18,068 bases of DNA from Deltaproteobacteria bacterium TL4 (GTDB lineage Bacteria > SAR324 > NAC60-12): NCBI GenBank assembly GCA_051382335.1, contig JBBCAX010000339.1, forward strand, positions 1-18,068, given 5' to 3'. A program made the translations under genes and the position numbers. Position 1 is the first letter of the stretch. Each line of letters begins with the position of its first letter. This document shows, in pieces, positions 15,810 through 18,068 of the stretch. The notes under the pieces were generated by a model, which was not told the DNA's origin, made no database searches, and worked only from the letters and a program-made list of their open reading frames with translations.

Positions 15810-17857
15810 TATAGACCCACCGATGTATCAGAAGGATAAACCTGCTTCAAGCCCCACGCCAGACCTCCGAAGGCCAACAGGATGAACCCCCAAAAAAGAT
15901 TGTCCCGAACGATCTGCAGCGTTTCTTTCAGATTGTTATGAAACATTCCATAGGCAAATAAGGAGAGTGTGATGAAGGTAAAATTCCCCAAGGGATAGAG
16001 TTCATAGCCAAAAATTGCTGGCAAACTGCCAAGGGATAAAATTCCAGAACTGATAAATCCATATAACAAATATTGGAGACGGTGTTTTTGTATAGAAGGA
16101 CTCGTCGTGTTAAGCCTTTTGATTAACAGAATGGAACTGAAGAGGAGTGAAAGTAAGAACAGCAAACTCAGCACCTCCAGGCCCAGACCTTTTTGGGTGT
16201 AAAATCCCCAATAATAGGAGTACATGCCTTGAATATAATGTTGGGTTTGTGTCAGTGGTGCCAAGAGGAGACTGACCGCATAAAAACCATAAACAACCCA
16301 CCAATGACGAACCTTTTGGGTCACTGCGTAGATGAGGTGAAGGAGCAGGGGCGCCAGAAAAACAAAAAAGAAATGATCCCACCGGCTGATTTGTTCTCCA
16401 ACCGAAGCTTCCTGCACAATCCCGTTCAAGAGAACGTCCATCGACCAGAAACCGTAGAATAAAAGAATTAAACTGAAAAGCAGAGAGGACTTCTCATTCG
16501 TTCCCACCCGAAAAGACAAAATTGTTAAAAAGAGGCATGTCCCCAAAGAGAGCAAAGGAGGAATGCCGAAGGGAACAATCCGCTTGAAAATATGCTCCAT
16601 GCTAAAACTTCCGATCGCCCAATAAATCACGGGGATCAAGGCCAGATATCCTGTGAGGACGACCGCTTTGACGATATTTCCTGCCAACCGTTTCTTCGTG
16701 TAGGCATTGATGGAAATGATGTCATAAAAGAAGATACTATAGGCCATGATGAGGAGAGGGATGAACGTGAAATTGCCAAGAGGATAAAAATCAAAGCCCA
16801 AGGTTCCTGGAATATCTCCCGCATTTAGAAGCCCGGAGAGTATCAACCCAAAAAAGAAATAAAACCGTTGTTTCCGCTTTTCCAAATCCCTGTCTTCACG
16901 CCATCGTTGAATCAGAAGCCAACTGGCCCACAGGATTACAGTGAGACCCGAACCGACAAAAAGAAAGAAGCCCCCATTGGCCTTGGGAAATAGCCCCCAA
17001 CTATAGCGATACATGGTATCTTGGTAATAAAGGGGCGTCAGCGCCAAAAAGGAAAGAATTACGCTGATTCCATAACAGAGTCTGACTAACCGTCTTTGAA
17101 CCCGATTCAACAGAATGTAGACGAGATGCAGGCCCACGCTAACTTGATAGACCAGTGCAAAGTGATCCATTTTAGGGAGATACACCGCGATAGATTCATT
17201 TTGAATCAAGGCGGTCAACGTCGTTTCCAGACTCAATCCGCCCCACAGGAAGCAGACCACGCCAAACAGCATTGTCTCCAGCCGACGGTTTCCATTGAGA
17301 AAACAGAAGGTGGCTAAGCCAAAACAAGTAAACAAGGAGAGAAGCTGAGGAATCGCATAGGGCACAATGCGTTCATAGAGGTTCGGATAAAAGGTTCCTT
17401 CCTCAGCAACGAACCAAAAGATCACCGCCGCTGCCGCGGGAACCCAGACCAAACCTGCCAGGACTTTAGGGATATATCCAGTTTTGAACCAACTTTGGGT
17501 GATGTCCAGCAGTTGGTGCTGCAGAAGGCCATAAGCCATCAGGAGCAAGGGCATAAAGCCAAAACGACTTATCGGGAAAAAGTCGATTTTCAGAAAGATA
17601 AAGAGGTACTCTGATAGGCTTAGAAGAACACTCAGGGCAAATCCTCCGAAGACAAACAAGAGTTTTTGACGTTTTTCCGCAGTCGATGCATGACGTAGGC
17701 CCTGAATCAAAACAACCAAAATATAAAGGGTCACGATGCAGGCGAGTCCCAAAAAGACATGCTGTGCCTGACCAAATTGTAAAACCCAGCCATACGCGCC
17801 CTGAATTTTATCAACAATAAAATGCCGGGTCAGAGTTAGGTCGTCCAAAAACGTCAT
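15689..17857 (-). CDS. Polytopic membrane sensor region with repeated HisKA_7TM-like modules (5' part of the frameshifted cyclase gene)
   Basis: Internal repeats end in DFFPISRFGFMPLLLMAY, DFYPLGNFTFIPLLIMAY and ELYPLGNFTFITLSLFAY; two begin RIVPYAIPQLLSL and RIVPFGIPPLLSL. Overlaps the cyclase ORF by 121 bp in a different frame. Confidence 0.8.
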   Translation of the reverse strand: MTFLDDLTLTRHFIVDKIQGAYGWVLQFGQAQHVFLGLACIVTLYILVVLIQGLRHASTAEKRQKLLFVFGGFALSVLLSLSEYLFIFLKIDFFPISRFGFMPLLLMAYGLLQHQLLDITQSWFKTGYIPKVLAGLVWVPAAAAVIFWFVAEEGTFYPNLYERIVPYAIPQLLSLFTCFGLATFCFLNGNRRLETMLFGVVCFLWGGLSLETTLTALIQNESIAVYLPKMDHFALVYQVSVGLHLVYILLNRVQRRLVRLCYGISVILSFLALTPLYYQDTMYRYSWGLFPKANGGFFLFVGSGLTVILWASWLLIQRWREDRDLEKRKQRFYFFFGLILSGLLNAGDIPGTLGFDFYPLGNFTFIPLLIMAYSIFFYDIISINAYTKKRLAGNIVKAVVLTGYLALIPVIYWAIGSFSMEHIFKRIVPFGIPPLLSLGTCLFLTILSFRVGTNEKSSLLFSLILLFYGFWSMDVLLNGIVQEASVGEQISRWDHFFFVFLAPLLLHLIYAVTQKVRHWWVVYGFYAVSLLLAPLTQTQHYIQGMYSYYWGFYTQKGLGLEVLSLLFLLSLLFSSILLIKRLNTTSPSIQKHRLQYLLYGFISSGILSLGSLPAIFGYELYPLGNFTFITLSLFAYGMFHNNLKETLQIVRDNLFWGFILLAFGGLAWGLKQVYPSDTSVGLYWVECSLCFLPTGCVILRETQCWPSFSPINPSYYDKVLNN

Positions 17858-18068
17858 TTTTAGCCTGTTTTTTTTACCCAGGATTTGGACCTGGTATCGT
17901 TAAAGATATGATACGATCATGGTTCTAAAAGGTTTGACGTTCAGTTTTCCTGAATTTTTCCATTTTGATCTTGGAAAATGGGGAAATAGAGGCTATCAGT
18001 GTTCTATTTTATACATCTCATCGGATCCTAATATGAGTTCTATTTCAAAGTTAAAAAAAGTCGCGACT

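Noticed and set aside
3437..17317. Numerous 60-150 aa ORFs nested in or antisense to the main genes
   Set aside because: They overlap well-supported CDSs and have no motifs of their own, so they are treated as shadow ORFs.

Overview
Bacterial window, probably from a deltaproteobacterium-like genome (inferred from gene families only). Bases 1-2.3 kb are a decayed region: an IS66 tnpA-like ORF with a premature stop, a GTAG-type REP-like doublet, a frameshifted hrpA fragment, and a DUF4351-like gene with EKGI repeats. That last gene is interrupted by nested miniature elements: a TA-duplicating MITE carries a REP-like doublet, and a second 180-bp MITE with a 10-bp target duplication sits inside its right TIR. 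Bases 2.4-9.1 kb hold a compact five-gene + strand cluster: an alpha/beta hydrolase resembling eukaryotic Arb2/FAM172A, a group I cysteine desulfurase, a type-B carboxylesterase, a Cys-rich U32-family protein and a B12-binding radical SAM enzyme. This is the best candidate for an undescribed Fe-S-dependent modification pathway. Next come an IHF-alpha-like gene, a short Old Yellow Enzyme relic, a stand-alone lpdA and an uncharacterised membrane protein. On the - strand is a large 7TM-repeat/GAF/class III adenylate cyclase gene split by a frameshift near 15.8 kb. No rRNA, tRNA or CRISPR array was seen. Family calls come from motif recognition, not database searches.
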